From assembly GCA_963737655.1 (NCBI GenBank), contig CAVTTN010000002.1:4256001-4320000 (forward strand): a stretch of DNA of 64,000 nt. The letters run 5' to 3'. Source of the DNA: an uncultured Planctomycetota bacterium (GTDB taxonomy: Bacteria > Planctomycetota > Planctomycetia > Isosphaerales > Isosphaeraceae). Shown here one piece after another: positions 20,705 to 31,200 of the stretch. The notes under the pieces were generated by a model, which searched no databases, was not told where the DNA came from, and was given only the letters and a program-made list of their open reading frames with translations. The number at the start of each line of letters is the position of its first letter. Within the stretch, counting starts at the first letter, position 1. Made by a program: the position numbers and the translations under genes.

Positions 20705-22159
20705 TCACGGGGCCGAGTCGGCCGGTCCGGTCCCGGCCAGGTCCTTCGGGACAACGTAGAGGGTGAACTGGAGGGTCGTGGTCTGGCCGCCGGTCTTGAT
20801 CGTCAAAACCCGCTGGCCCTGGATATTACCGGCGATCAGGTTCTCGTTCAACCGGATCGCCAGGGTCAGCGACTTTTGGACGTTCTGCCACTCCCCCTCC
20901 TGCGAGTCGCGGCCGACCTGGAAATAGATCAGCCCCGGCTGGGTGGGCAGGGCCCGAGGAGGCCGGGGAGTGTACCCGAACCGCAGCCCGGCCAGGCCCA
21001 TCCGGAAGATCGCGTCCACCCGCTCGCTCGAACCGATCTTCATGTCGAGCTGGCCGGCCTTGGTCAGCAGGCGGATCGTCTCCTCGATGTCCAGGGGCTC
21101 TGAACCCCCACGTACATCTGCCAGACCGACTCCAGCCACGCCGGCTCCAGCGCCACCTGCATCCGCAAGCCCGCCCCGATGAACGGCCGTTCCTTGTACT
21201 CGGGCTCGATCAGGATGTTCAGCAGGGAGTCGATGTGCTGCTTGACCCGGTAGAAACAGCCGCCGAGGTCGTCGTGGTCGTACCGGGGGAGCTCCGGCGG
21301 CCTCCGGGTGGCGCCGAAGATCGAGAGCTGGCCGACCAGACGGCACATCTCCACGTAGGCGCCGAACGGATGCACCCCTTCGGCGAACGCGAGGATCCCG
21401 AGGGTCGGGTACGCCGAGTTCAGCTCCCGCAACTGCTCGAAGATCAACGGGTCGCCCTGGGCCTGGCTGTCGAAGGTGATCCCCCGGGAGACGACCTGGT
21501 TGGCCAGGGAGCTCGATCTTCTTGCCCACCCGGTCATAAACCGCCTGGAGGATGCCGGCCGACAGCGGCGACCACGCCTCGCACGCCAGGACCGGCGGGA
21601 CGTAGGTCTCGTCGAGCTCCGGGGTGGCCTCGGCCCGGGGGGACTTCACCACCCGGGCGATCGGCAGGACTTCGTAGCCGGTATGGTCCTGGTTGGAGAG
21701 CAGGAGCTTGAGGTTGGGCAGGCGGACCTTGATCGGCTGGGGGTTCACCCCGGTGTTCTCGTCCTCGATCTGGAGGGTGGTCATCCGGTAGCGGACGCCG
21801 TCGGCGGCCCCCTCGCTCGCCACGTTCGGCTTGCCCGGCGAGACCACCGGCAGGGCGAGATACGCCGTGACCGAGTTGCCCTTCTCGAAGGCCGGCTTGA
21901 GGTCCAGGGGGGCGAGGACGCCATCCTCGGGCACCCGGACCAGCGTGCCGTCCCGGAACCGGGCCTCCAGCGAGCGGACCACCAGCCGGAAATTGCCCAG
22001 GGCGTCGCGATCGACCGAGACGGCCCGGAGGCCCCAGTTGTAATGGACGTCCCACTTCGACCCCAGGGCCGCCTGCTGCTCCCAGTGGCGGGTCGAGGCG
22101 TTGAAATGGTGGGGGCGGAGGAACATCCCTTCGTGCCAGTGGACCTCTCGGCTCGTCAT
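20705..22159 (-). CDS. tssK: TssK baseplate subunit; two compensating frameshifts (~21508, ~21095)
   Basis: VHWHEGMFLRPHHF, YVPPVLAC, middle section in ORF 21064..21537 (HPFGAYVEMCRLVGQL, PRYDHDDLGGCF), PPRALP....IYFQV. Confidence 0.92.
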   Translation of the reverse strand: MTSREVHWHEGMFLRPHHFNASTRHWEQQAALGSKWDVHYNWGLRAVSVDRDALGNFRLVVRSLEARFRDGTLVRVPEDGVLAPLDLKPAFEKGNSVTAYLALPVVSPGKPNVASEGAADGVRYRMTTLQIEDENTGVNPQPIKVRLPNLKLLLSNQDHTGYEVLPIARVVKSPRAEATPELDETYVPPVLACEAWSPLSAGILQAVYDRVGKKIELPGQPGRLPGDHLRQPGPGRPVDLRAVAGAELGVPDPRDPRVRRRGASVRRLRGDVPSGRPALDLRRHPEAAGAPPVRPRRPRRLFLPGQAAHRLPAEHPDRARVQGTAVHRGGLADAGGAGAGVAGVGLADVRGGSEPLDIEETIRLLTKAGQLDMKIGSSERVDAIFRMGLAGLRFGYTPRPPRALPTQPGLIYFQVGRDSQEGEWQNVQKSLTLAIRLNENLIAGNIQGQRVLTIKTGGQTTTLQFTLYVVPKDLAGTGPADSAP

Positions 22160-22398
22160 GGCGGCGGAATCTCCCTCGGTCACCCGGACGGGCGCGGACC
22201 GGGCCCGTCGGCCCCTCTGGGAGAGACTATGCGGCCTGAATCGGGCCAGGGCAAGGGGTTTCTCCATTCCGGGCCGACTCGTCGCCGAGGGCGGCCCACC
22301 AGCGGATTGCGCGAACGGGTCCCGCAGGGCCGGCCCTGGCCCTCGGGGACCGGCGGAGACGGCCCGCCCCTCGGGGCGCAAGCCGACCGAGGTCCGCC

Positions 22399-23694
22399 CT
22401 AGACCAGCAGAGACCGCTTGTCCTCGGGGACTTTCTCGAACGACGAGATCTTGCCCTCGAGCTCGTCGATCTCTTCCTTCATCCGTGCGATGCATTTGTT
22501 CAAGTAGTAGAAATTCTTGGCGTCGTCGGTCATGAGGTCCATCCGGTAGCCCCGGGCCAGGGTCGGCAGGTAGACGAGGGTCCGGAATTGCCGGGCCCCG
22601 GCGAGGTACAGGTCGCTGAAGCCGATCGAGACCGAGGCGTCGGTGCTCACGCCGATGCCGACGGCCAGGGTCGTGCCGAACTGGAAGACGGTCGGGCCGA
22701 AGATCGGCGCCTTGACCGACGCCGAGAGCGAGGCCCCCACGCCGATCGCGATCCCCGCGGTCGCCTCCAGGCCGAGGAGCGTCTTGCCGTCCAGGGCGAA
22801 GGAGCAGGAGCCGGTGGCCTCGGCGCGGAACCCGACGAACGCCTCGGCCGCCAGGGCCGCCTCGATCCCCTTCAGGGCGCTCACGCTGAGCTTCGCCTGG
22901 CCCGAGGCCCTCGCCCCGGCGAAGCATTCGCCGCTGCCGGCGAGCTTCAGGGACGCCGAACCCTTCTCCCACTGGAAATTCCCGTTGACTTCGAGCAGGG
23001 CGCCGACGGCCACCGCCGCCTGGAGGCTGGCGTTGAAGCCCAGCTTCGTCATCTTCGCCGACGCCTCCCCGCTGGCCCAGGCGCCGGCCTTGAACGATTC
23101 CTCCAACGCCCCGCTGACCTTCCCCCAGTTCGCGCTGTAACCCTCGAACTTGAACGAGGCGTCCTGCTTCAGGCCGATCATCCCGTCGAACGCCGCCTTG
23201 GCCGATTTCGCGTCCCTCTGGCTCGACGCCGTGAGCTCCCGGACGCACTTGGCCTGGTATTCCGCCTGGTAGCTCAACGGGTCGCAAAGCGAGGCGTCGT
23301 GCTCCTCCATCGCCGTCTGGAGCCGGAGGAAGAACGAGGCCCCTTCCTGGTAGTCGCCCCCCTGGAGCCACATCTCCAGCCTCTCGACCATCCCCTGGGC
23401 CGAGGCCAGCTCCTCCTGCCATCCGGCCAGCCTCAGAGACGACTCGACCTTGCCCGGCTTCGTCGGTTCCTGGGGCCAGTCGCTCGGCTGGGGGAACGGC
23501 TGCTTGAAGATCAGGAAGTACTGGGCCTCGACGATCTTCCGGTTCGTCTCGCTCCCGGCCGCCTGGTAATAGGCGACGCACTTCTTGACCCGCTCCTTCT
23601 TCGAAAAGAAGAACCCGTTGTAGCCGTTGAACTTCTTGCGAACGTAGGTCTTGACGGTCTCGGGGTTCGAACTCTGGAGCTTGGTGAGGTCCAT
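22399..23694 (-). CDS. Hypothetical 431-aa protein, candidate T6SS effector, Gly/Ala beta-hairpin-rich C-half
   Basis: Clean ORF, Lys-rich, no signal peptide, upstream of tssK on the same strand; ECFAGARASG / EAFVGFRAEATG repeats. Confidence 0.7.
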   Translation of the reverse strand: MDLTKLQSSNPETVKTYVRKKFNGYNGFFFSKKERVKKCVAYYQAAGSETNRKIVEAQYFLIFKQPFPQPSDWPQEPTKPGKVESSLRLAGWQEELASAQGMVERLEMWLQGGDYQEGASFFLRLQTAMEEHDASLCDPLSYQAEYQAKCVRELTASSQRDAKSAKAAFDGMIGLKQDASFKFEGYSANWGKVSGALEESFKAGAWASGEASAKMTKLGFNASLQAAVAVGALLEVNGNFQWEKGSASLKLAGSGECFAGARASGQAKLSVSALKGIEAALAAEAFVGFRAEATGSCSFALDGKTLLGLEATAGIAIGVGASLSASVKAPIFGPTVFQFGTTLAVGIGVSTDASVSIGFSDLYLAGARQFRTLVYLPTLARGYRMDLMTDDAKNFYYLNKCIARMKEEIDELEGKISSFEKVPEDKRSLLV

Positions 23695-23864
23695 GACACC
23701 GCCTTCCCAGGCAAGAGGACGTCCGCGTCTCCGCCGCGCGACCGTCGCGCGAACCCAGCCCGCCGACCCCCGTCGGCCGGGACGTTGCGATCCCGCGAGG
23801 TCCGGCGCGTACCCCGGGCGCGGTCAAGGATCTCGGTCGGAACCCGGGATTCGCGGCCGGGCCC

Positions 23865-24494
23865 TCAGGGCGAGATCAGCGGGCAAGGCAAGCCTAGCAT
23901 CGCTTTCCAGGCAGCCCGCTGTTCCTCGGTCAGGTTCGCCAGCTCGCGTTCCAGCAATTCCCGGCGAACCGCCTTGATGAGCTGCGTCCTCGCGGGTCCC
24001 CTGGCCGCCTCCTGGATCTCCCGGGACTTCAGGGCCGTGTCCCGGACGATCTCCGCGGCCTGGGTCCGTTGCCCGGGGGTCATGTGCAGGGCGTCCTGGA
24101 CCTCCTCCGAGTTCAGGGCCATCCCGCCGAAGCTCTGGAGCGAGATCTCGCGGAGCCGGGTCATCTGCTCGGGACGGAGGACGGCCCTGAGGTCCGCCTC
24201 GTACCGGGCGGCGGCCTTCTTCCGGGACGCCGCCAGGGCCTTCCCCCTCTCGGCGGCGGGAAGTTCCTTCGCCTCCCGGCTTCCCGCGTCGATCGCCTCG
24301 CGGGCCTTCCGGGTCGCCTCCTGGGCGGCGGCCTTCTGCTCGGGAGTCAGGGCGAATTCCGGGGCGAACCTCGGGTCCTCCGCCATCCCCGTGACGAGCA
24401 TCCCCAGCTGATACTGGGCCTGAGCGGCGGGAATGAAGGCCGCTAGGAGAGACCCCACGATGCCCGATCGAAGCAGATGGATTCGGAATCGCAT
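23865..24494 (-). CDS. Hypothetical secreted helical protein (LTxxQ, Spy/CpxP-like repeats)
   Basis: AGGAG before ATG 24494; signal peptide ..PAAQA; LTPEQ, LRPEQ, MTPGQ, LTEEQ. Confidence 0.7.
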   Translation of the reverse strand: MRFRIHLLRSGIVGSLLAAFIPAAQAQYQLGMLVTGMAEDPRFAPEFALTPEQKAAAQEATRKAREAIDAGSREAKELPAAERGKALAASRKKAAARYEADLRAVLRPEQMTRLREISLQSFGGMALNSEEVQDALHMTPGQRTQAAEIVRDTALKSREIQEAARGPARTQLIKAVRRELLERELANLTEEQRAAWKAMLGLPCPLISP

Positions 24495-24603
24495 CGCTCT
24501 CCTGATCGACATCACTCGAACCCCCGACTCGAAGTTGAAACGACCGATTCGAACGTCTGCTTGGCTGGCCTCACCCGCTCGAGAAGCCCTTGATCGGCCA
24601 GGA

Positions 24604-25002
24604 TTATGCGACGAATTCGACGGCGATCCCCGGAAAGCGAATGAGTTCGCGATCGTTCGTCAGGAAGACGTCGCAGCGTGAACAGACGGCGGCCGCCAGA
24701 TGGATCGCGTCGGGAGTCTTGAAGGCGTACCGTGCCCGGATGTCGGTCGCCAGGTCCAGGACGTCGGCTCCCAGGGCGACGATCTCCGAAATCACACCCG
24801 CGAAGAAATCGTCGTACTCCCGTAACCTGCGCTCGTCCCCGACGCGAATGGGCCCGACCCGGCACTCCAGCCGAGTGAGGTCGCTGACTACCGCCGAAAC
24901 CGCATCGGTCGAGAGCCGCGAATCGACCAGGGCGGCGAGAATCGGGACTTGCTCGATCAGATAGATGACAGGCGCGGCGTCCAGGTAGAGCCGAACCGTC
25001 AT
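24604..25002 (-). CDS. vapC: VapC-type PIN domain toxin
   Basis: YLDAAPVIY, LTRLEC, KTPDAIHLAAA, FLTND; overlaps upstream antitoxin gene. Confidence 0.9.
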   Translation of the reverse strand: MTVRLYLDAAPVIYLIEQVPILAALVDSRLSTDAVSAVVSDLTRLECRVGPIRVGDERRLREYDDFFAGVISEIVALGADVLDLATDIRARYAFKTPDAIHLAAAVCSRCDVFLTNDRELIRFPGIAVEFVA

Positions 25003-25250
25003 CGCTCCCAGGCCTCTCTCTCCGCCCGAATCGAGGCATCCACGTCCTCGCGACTCGGAGGTTGATGGCCTCGAAGTCTTTGACGATCGCGGATCGCCTC
25101 CATGACGTTTCGGTAGGTGCTCGGACCCGGCGGGGTCGTCAGCGGCTCGACCACCACGCGGACCCGGCCCGGGATCATCGGCAAGGGTTCATCGAGGTTC
25201 ACGGTCTTCGAGTCGGTCAAGGTTCCCGTGACCGAGTAGGATTCTCTCAC
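24999..25250 (-). CDS. Putative antitoxin
   Basis: 83 aa, 4-bp overlap with PIN gene; GTL..SKTVNLDEPLP..PGRVRVVV, C-term IRAEREAW. Confidence 0.75.
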   Translation of the reverse strand: MRESYSVTGTLTDSKTVNLDEPLPMIPGRVRVVVEPLTTPPGPSTYRNVMEAIRDRQRLRGHQPPSREDVDASIRAEREAWER

Positions 25251-25486
25251 GACCAGTCTCCTCCCGTGCGGGGTCCGCCCGATTCCAGGGTAATCGCCCG
25301 GCCCGCCACCCTCAAGGACGGACTTGCCGGGACTTCGATCGAGCGGCCCGACGCCGCTCGCCGCCCAATCTTCTTCGGGATCCGGCGAACATCCGGTCGG
25401 AGAGCGAATCCGCCCCCTTGCGGAACCCGGCGTCGGGTGAGACCGTGGAGGGCGAGGGCCGATCGGCCCGGGAGCTTCTGGATCTC

Positions 25487-26146
25487 ATGATCGCCGACCC
25501 TCCGCCCGTCCTCCGGTCCCCTTCGGACTCCTGGAAGAAGACCGAGCCCTTCGGCCTGCCGCCGGGAAGCGTCCGCGCCGTGCTCGCCCTGATCGTCTCG
25601 GCCACGATCTGGGCGTTGCTGGCGTTTCGGCCGGCGGTCGAGGTCCCGGACTCGCTCCGGGACCTCCTGTTCATCATCCTGGGGCACTACTTCGCGTCGC
25701 GGAAGCGGTCGTCGGGCGACGTGGCCTCGGGCCCTCCCCCTCTCTGGCTGCCGAAGGGGACGATCCGCCTGCTCCTGTTCGCCGGGTTCGGCGGGGTGGC
25801 CGTGCTCCTGGCCCGCCAGGGACGGCTCTCGACACCCTCGGTGAATCCGGGCGTCGTGACCCTGATGCTGGTGGCCGGGTTCTTCCTCGGAGTGGTCGCC
25901 GCGAGGCTGGGCGAGTGGTTGAAGGAGAAGGGCCACCGCGTCCCCCGGCCGATCGAGGACCTCCGCGCCTTCGTGGCCGTCGCGGCGGCGGTCGGCCTGA
26001 TGCTCCTGGTGTTCAACCGCGAGTTCGGATGGCTGATCCCGAGGCACCCGGAGCTCTTCGACGGCTCCCGGTGGACCCTCGGCCGGTACGGGCCCGAGCA
26101 TCTGTGCTCGGCGATCATCGGGTTTTACTTCGGGTCGCGGTCCTGA
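25487..26146 (+). CDS. Hypothetical multi-pass membrane protein with internal duplication
   Basis: PFGLPPGSVRAVL / PLWLPKGTIRLLL; ILGHYFASR / IIGFYFGSR; start uncertain. Confidence 0.75.
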   Translation: MIADPPPVLRSPSDSWKKTEPFGLPPGSVRAVLALIVSATIWALLAFRPAVEVPDSLRDLLFIILGHYFASRKRSSGDVASGPPPLWLPKGTIRLLLFAGFGGVAVLLARQGRLSTPSVNPGVVTLMLVAGFFLGVVAARLGEWLKEKGHRVPRPIEDLRAFVAVAAAVGLMLLVFNREFGWLIPRHPELFDGSRWTLGRYGPEHLCSAIIGFYFGSRS

Positions 26147-26174
26147 CCGTCGGCCCCCGGGGAGATCGGGTGGA

Positions 26175-28118
26175 ATGGTCGCCTTCGCCTCGCTGTTGAT
26201 CGCCCAGACCGCCGCCGCTCCCGCCCTCGCCTCTCCTCCCCGGCCGTTCGTGGTCCGCGTCCTCGACGACGAGACGGCCCGGGGCATCCCCATGGTCGAG
26301 CTCCGGACGATCCACCACGACCTGTTCGTGACCGACAGCGCCGGGGTCGCGGTGATCAACGAGCCCGGGCTGTTCGGCCAGGAGGTCTATTTCGGGGTCG
26401 AGGCGTTCGGCTACGTGATCCCCCCGGACAAGCAGAGGCATCGGGGGCGGACGCTCAAGGTCGTCTCGGGGGGCGAGGCGGTCCTGGCCCTCCGCCGATT
26501 CAACGTGGCCGAGAGGATCTATCGGGTCACCGGCGAGGGGATCTATCGCGATTCGGTCCTCGCCGGCATGCCGACCCCCCTCTCGCGGCCGGTCCTCGAC
26601 GCCGGGGTCCTCGGCCAGGACAAGGTCATCTCGACCCCGTTCCGGGGCAAGATCTACTGGTTCTGGGGCCACACGAACAAGCCGGGGTTCGCCGAGACCA
26701 ATCCCCACGTCACCGGCGCCACGTCCCTGCCCTTCAATCGCGGAGGGCTCGACCCCGAGGCGGGCGTGGACCTCGATTATTTCGTGGACAAGGAGGGCAC
26801 CGCCCGGCCCACCTGCCAGATGCCCGGCGAGGGGCCGACCCGGATCACCGGCCTGGCCGTCCTGCCCGACCCCTCCGCCCCCGGTCGCGAGCGCATGTTC
26901 GCCCTCTACGAGAAGAGCCGCCTGCTCTCGGGCTTCGGCAGGACGTTCTTCCAGACCTACCAGCAAGGGTTCGTCGAGTTCGACGACTCGGCCCGGGAGT
27001 TCCGCAAGGTCAAGACCCTGCCCAACGACATCCCGATCCGCCCGACCGGCCACACCTTCCACCACACGATCGCCGGCGTCGATCACGTGTACTTCGGCTC
27101 GCCGTTCCCGGTGGTCCGGGTCCGGGCGGTGCCCGAGGCCTATCTCGACCCGACGAAATACGAGGCGTTCACGCCCCTGGTCCGCGGCAGCGAGGCGGGC
27201 TCGACCAACGTGGAACGCGACCCGGCCGGCAAGGTCGTCTGGGGCTGGAAGACCGGGACCGCCCCCGCCGGCCAGGAGGTCCAGACCAAGCTCCTCGCCG
27301 CCAAGAAGCTCCGCCGCGAGGAGGTCGTGATGATGACCCGGGACGTGACCACCGGCGCCCCGGTCCAGGCCCATTCCGGCTCCATCGCCTGGAACCCCTA
27401 CCGCAAGCGATGGCTGATGGTCTTCGTCGAGGACTTCGGCGCGTCGCCGGTGGGCGAGGTCTGGTTCGCCGAGGCCGACGGCCCCCTCGGCCCCTGGGCG
27501 TTCGCCCGGAAGATCGTCAGCCACGCCGACCCCAACCGCTCTTACAGCTTCTACCACCCCGAGCACCACCCGTTCTTCGACAAGGACGGCGGCCGGTCCA
27601 TCTTCTTCGAGGCGACCTATTCCACGGCCGAATCGTCGAACAACGTGCCGACCCCTCGCTACGACTACAACCAGATCATGTACAAGCTCGACCTCGGCCG
27701 CCCCGAGGCCTCGCTCCCCGTCCCGGTCTACGAGCTGAGCGACCTGGGGACCGCCGGGCCCCTGGGGACGGCCGGGGGCGACCATCCCGAGCGCCGGGGG
27801 CGGCCCATCGCCTTCTTCGCCTTCGACGGCCCCGAGCCCGGGACTCTGCCGATCCTCCAGGAGCCCGGACCCAAAGGAGGGCAGGTCCTCCGCGTCGCCC
27901 GGCCCGACGAGAAGACGAAGGTGATCTTCCACATCCTGTCCAACGGCTCCCCCTCGCTCCCCCTGACCAGCATGCCCCTCCTGGAGTTCCTCAAGGAAGA
28001 CGGCTCGGGCGCCTACGCGGGCAACCCGCTCTGGGACGCCCCCGGATACCGCCGGACCGGCAAGGTCCTCGGCCACGTCTGGAAGAACCCGATGGGACGG
28101 ACCATCCCGGCCGATTGA
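26175..28118 (+). CDS. Hypothetical secreted protein, probably beta-propeller-rich
   Basis: 647 aa; signal-like N-terminus; GKIYWFWG, GSIAWNPYRKRWLMVF, YSFYHP. Confidence 0.75.
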   Translation: MVAFASLLIAQTAAAPALASPPRPFVVRVLDDETARGIPMVELRTIHHDLFVTDSAGVAVINEPGLFGQEVYFGVEAFGYVIPPDKQRHRGRTLKVVSGGEAVLALRRFNVAERIYRVTGEGIYRDSVLAGMPTPLSRPVLDAGVLGQDKVISTPFRGKIYWFWGHTNKPGFAETNPHVTGATSLPFNRGGLDPEAGVDLDYFVDKEGTARPTCQMPGEGPTRITGLAVLPDPSAPGRERMFALYEKSRLLSGFGRTFFQTYQQGFVEFDDSAREFRKVKTLPNDIPIRPTGHTFHHTIAGVDHVYFGSPFPVVRVRAVPEAYLDPTKYEAFTPLVRGSEAGSTNVERDPAGKVVWGWKTGTAPAGQEVQTKLLAAKKLRREEVVMMTRDVTTGAPVQAHSGSIAWNPYRKRWLMVFVEDFGASPVGEVWFAEADGPLGPWAFARKIVSHADPNRSYSFYHPEHHPFFDKDGGRSIFFEATYSTAESSNNVPTPRYDYNQIMYKLDLGRPEASLPVPVYELSDLGTAGPLGTAGGDHPERRGRPIAFFAFDGPEPGTLPILQEPGPKGGQVLRVARPDEKTKVIFHILSNGSPSLPLTSMPLLEFLKEDGSGAYAGNPLWDAPGYRRTGKVLGHVWKNPMGRTIPAD

Positions 28119-28214
28119 TGGATCGCCCCCCTCTCAATTTTTTTCCCCCGCGGTGAGACGGCCCATCAACGATTGACGCCATGAGGGGAAACCCCCGCAT
28201 CGGAGGAAATCCGA

Positions 28215-31200
28215 ATGGCGATCGATCCGGCCCGAGTGAAGCGTTTGTTCCAGTCCGCCCTGGACCGGCCCGACCCCGCCGCCCGCCGGGCGTTCCTCGA
28301 CGCCGAGATCGGCGACGATCCCGAGCTCCGTCGCCGCCTCGACGCCCTCCTGGACGCCCACGATCGCCCTCCCGAGGCGCTCGATCGCCCCCTGGGCGGG
28401 GGCGGGGCCGATCCCGCCACCCTCGACACCGATCCCCAGGAGACCCGCGACTTCGAGTCGCCCTCGTCCGGCCGGACCGATCCCGACGGCCCCACCATCC
28501 GCCAGGAACCGACCCGGAGGCGAGGCCCGATCGATTCGGTCATCGCCGACCGCTACAAGGTCCGCCAAATCCTCGGCGAGGGCGGGATGGGGACCGTGTA
28601 CCTCGCCGACCAGCTCCGGCCGGTCCGCCGCCAGGTGGCGTTGAAGCTGATCAAGCCGGGGATGGACTCCCGCCAGGTTTTGGCCCGGTTCGAGGGCGAG
28701 CGTCAGGCCCTCGCGCTGATGGACCACCCCAACATCGCCCGGGTCCTGGACGCCGGGACCACGGCCGAGGGCCTCCCGTTCTTCGTGATGGAGCTGGTCA
28801 AGGGCGTCCCCCTGACCCAGTATTGCGACTCCCACCGCCTGGACCTCCCGGCCCGGCTCGCCCTCTTCGGCCAGATCTGCTCGGCCGTGCAGCACGCCCA
28901 TCAGAAGGGGATCATCCACCGCGATTTGAAGCCGACGAACATCCTCGTGGAGAGCCACGACGGCAAGCCGGTGCCCAAGGTCATCGACTTCGGCCTGGCC
29001 AAGGCCACCGACGGCCTCCGGCTGACCGACCACAGCCTCTTCACCGCGTTCGGCAGCGTGGCCGGCACCCCCCTGTACATGGCGCCCGAGCAGGCCACCT
29101 TCAACGCCCTGGACATCGACACCCGGGCCGACATCTACTCCCTCGGCGTGGTCCTCTACGAGCTCCTGACCGGCAGCACGCCGATCCCCAAGGAGAGGCT
29201 GAGAAAGGCGGCCCTGGACGAGATCCTCCGCGTGATCCGCGAGGACGAGCCGGCCACGCCCAGCAGCCGGATCAGCGACTCGGCCACCCTGCCCAGCCTC
29301 GCGGCGTCCCGCCAGTCCGAGCCCGGCCGCCTGAGCCGGTTCGTCCGGGGCGACATGGACTGGATCGTCATGAAGGCCCTGGCCAAAGAACGCGGGAGGA
29401 GGTACGAGTCGGCCATCGCCCTGGCCCAGGACATCGAGCGGTTCACCAACCACGAGCCCGTGCTGGCCGGGCCGCCGACGGCCTCCTATCGGGTCCGCAA
29501 GTTCGTCCGCAGGAACCGGGGCAAGGTCGTCGCGGCCTCGGTCGTCCTGCTCGCCCTGCTCGTCGGGATCGCCGGGACGACGATCGGCCTGGTCGAGGCC
29601 CGGAGGCAACGCGGGCTGGCGATCAAAGCGGCCGACCGCGAGAAGGACGCCCGGAAGGACGAGACCCTCCAGCGCCAGGCGGCCGAGAAGCGGCTGGTGG
29701 AGGTCGAGAAGTCCAACGAGATCCTCGGCTCGATGTTCAAGGACCTGGACGCCACCGGCATGGAGGGGGACCCCCGCCCCCTGGGCGTGGTCCTGGGCGA
29801 TCGGCTCGACCAGGCCGCGGCGCGGATCCACAAGGGCTCGATCGGCGATTCCCGGGCCGTCGCCCGCCTCCTGAAGACGCTGGCCGAATCGCAGCTCGGC
29901 CTGGGCCACTCGGAGAAGGGGATCGCCCTGCTGACCAAGATCCGCGACGACCTCGCCTCGGAATTCGGACCCGAATCCCCCGAGGCCCTCCGCGCCTCGG
30001 CCGACCTGGGCAACGCCGAGTTCGTCCACGGGAGCCGCGAACGGGGCCTCCCCCTCCTGGAGCAGACGTTCAAGACGATGGAAGCGAAGCTCGGGCCCGA
30101 CGACCCGGACACCCTCCGGACCATGAGCAAGCTCGCCCTGGCCTTCACCAACGTGAGCCGCCGGGACCTCTCGGGCCCCCTGTTCGATCGGGCGGCCCGG
30201 AGGATGGAGGCCATCCTCGGGCCCGGCGACCCGGACACCCTGGAAGCCCTGATGTTCCACGGCCTCCAGGCCCCGGCCGACCAATCTCAGGCCATCCTCG
30301 AACGGGCCCTGGACCTCATGAAGGCCCATCTGGGCGACGACCACGCCCTGACCCTGGCCACCATGCGATGGCTCGCCCCCCTTTACTTCGCGACCGATCG
30401 CGCGAAGGCCGTCGCCCTGTGTGAACAGGCCCTGGAGCGTTCCACGGCGAAGCTCGGCGCGACCATTACAACACCCTGGTCTGCCTGCGCGATCTCGCCA
30501 TCGTCTACCAGCAGATCGGCCAGCCCGAGAAGGCATTCCGGCTGGATGAGGAGCGTTATCGGCTCTTCGTGGGCCGGTTCGGGGCCGATCGCCTGGACCC
30601 GATGGGGGTCGGCTCGAACGGGGCCCTGATCGCCCGCTACGAATCGACGGGCCATCCCGAGAAGGCGCTCGCCCTCCGCGAGGACCATCTCGCCCGGATG
30701 TCCGCGAAGCTGGGGGTTCAGGACCCGAAGCTCCTGGTCAACGTCAAGGACCTGATCAAGGCGTATATCGCCCAGGGGAAGCCCGAGAAGGCCGAGGCGC
30801 TGGCCGATCAGCACGCCGGGTTCGACCCGCAGAAGGACGCTCCGGACTCGCCCCGCCAGGCCCAGGCGATGCTCTGGCTGGCCGAGGCCCGTCGCGACGT
30901 CGGCAAGCCCTCGGAGGCCGAACCGCTCCTCCGCCGGGCCGTGGCCATCCTGGAGGCGAAGGAGCCCGGCTCGAGGACGACCTTCGACGCCCAATCCCTC
31001 CTGGGCGAGTCCCTCCTCCACCAGGGCAAGTACGCCGAGGCCGAACCCCTGCTCTGGGCCGGCTACGAGGGGTTCCGCAAGGCCGGGGACGAATACGAGT
31101 GGAACCGGATGGACGTCTTCCACCGGGCCCTGGACAGGCTCCTGCTCCTGGCCGACTGGACGAACAAGCCGCCGGGGCCGGCCGGGCGCTCGCTCCCCCT

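Noticed and set aside
22160..23827. N-terminal extension of TssK (ORF 20705..23827)
   Set aside because: Alternative frame of the 22399-23694 gene; TssK starts at MTSREVHW
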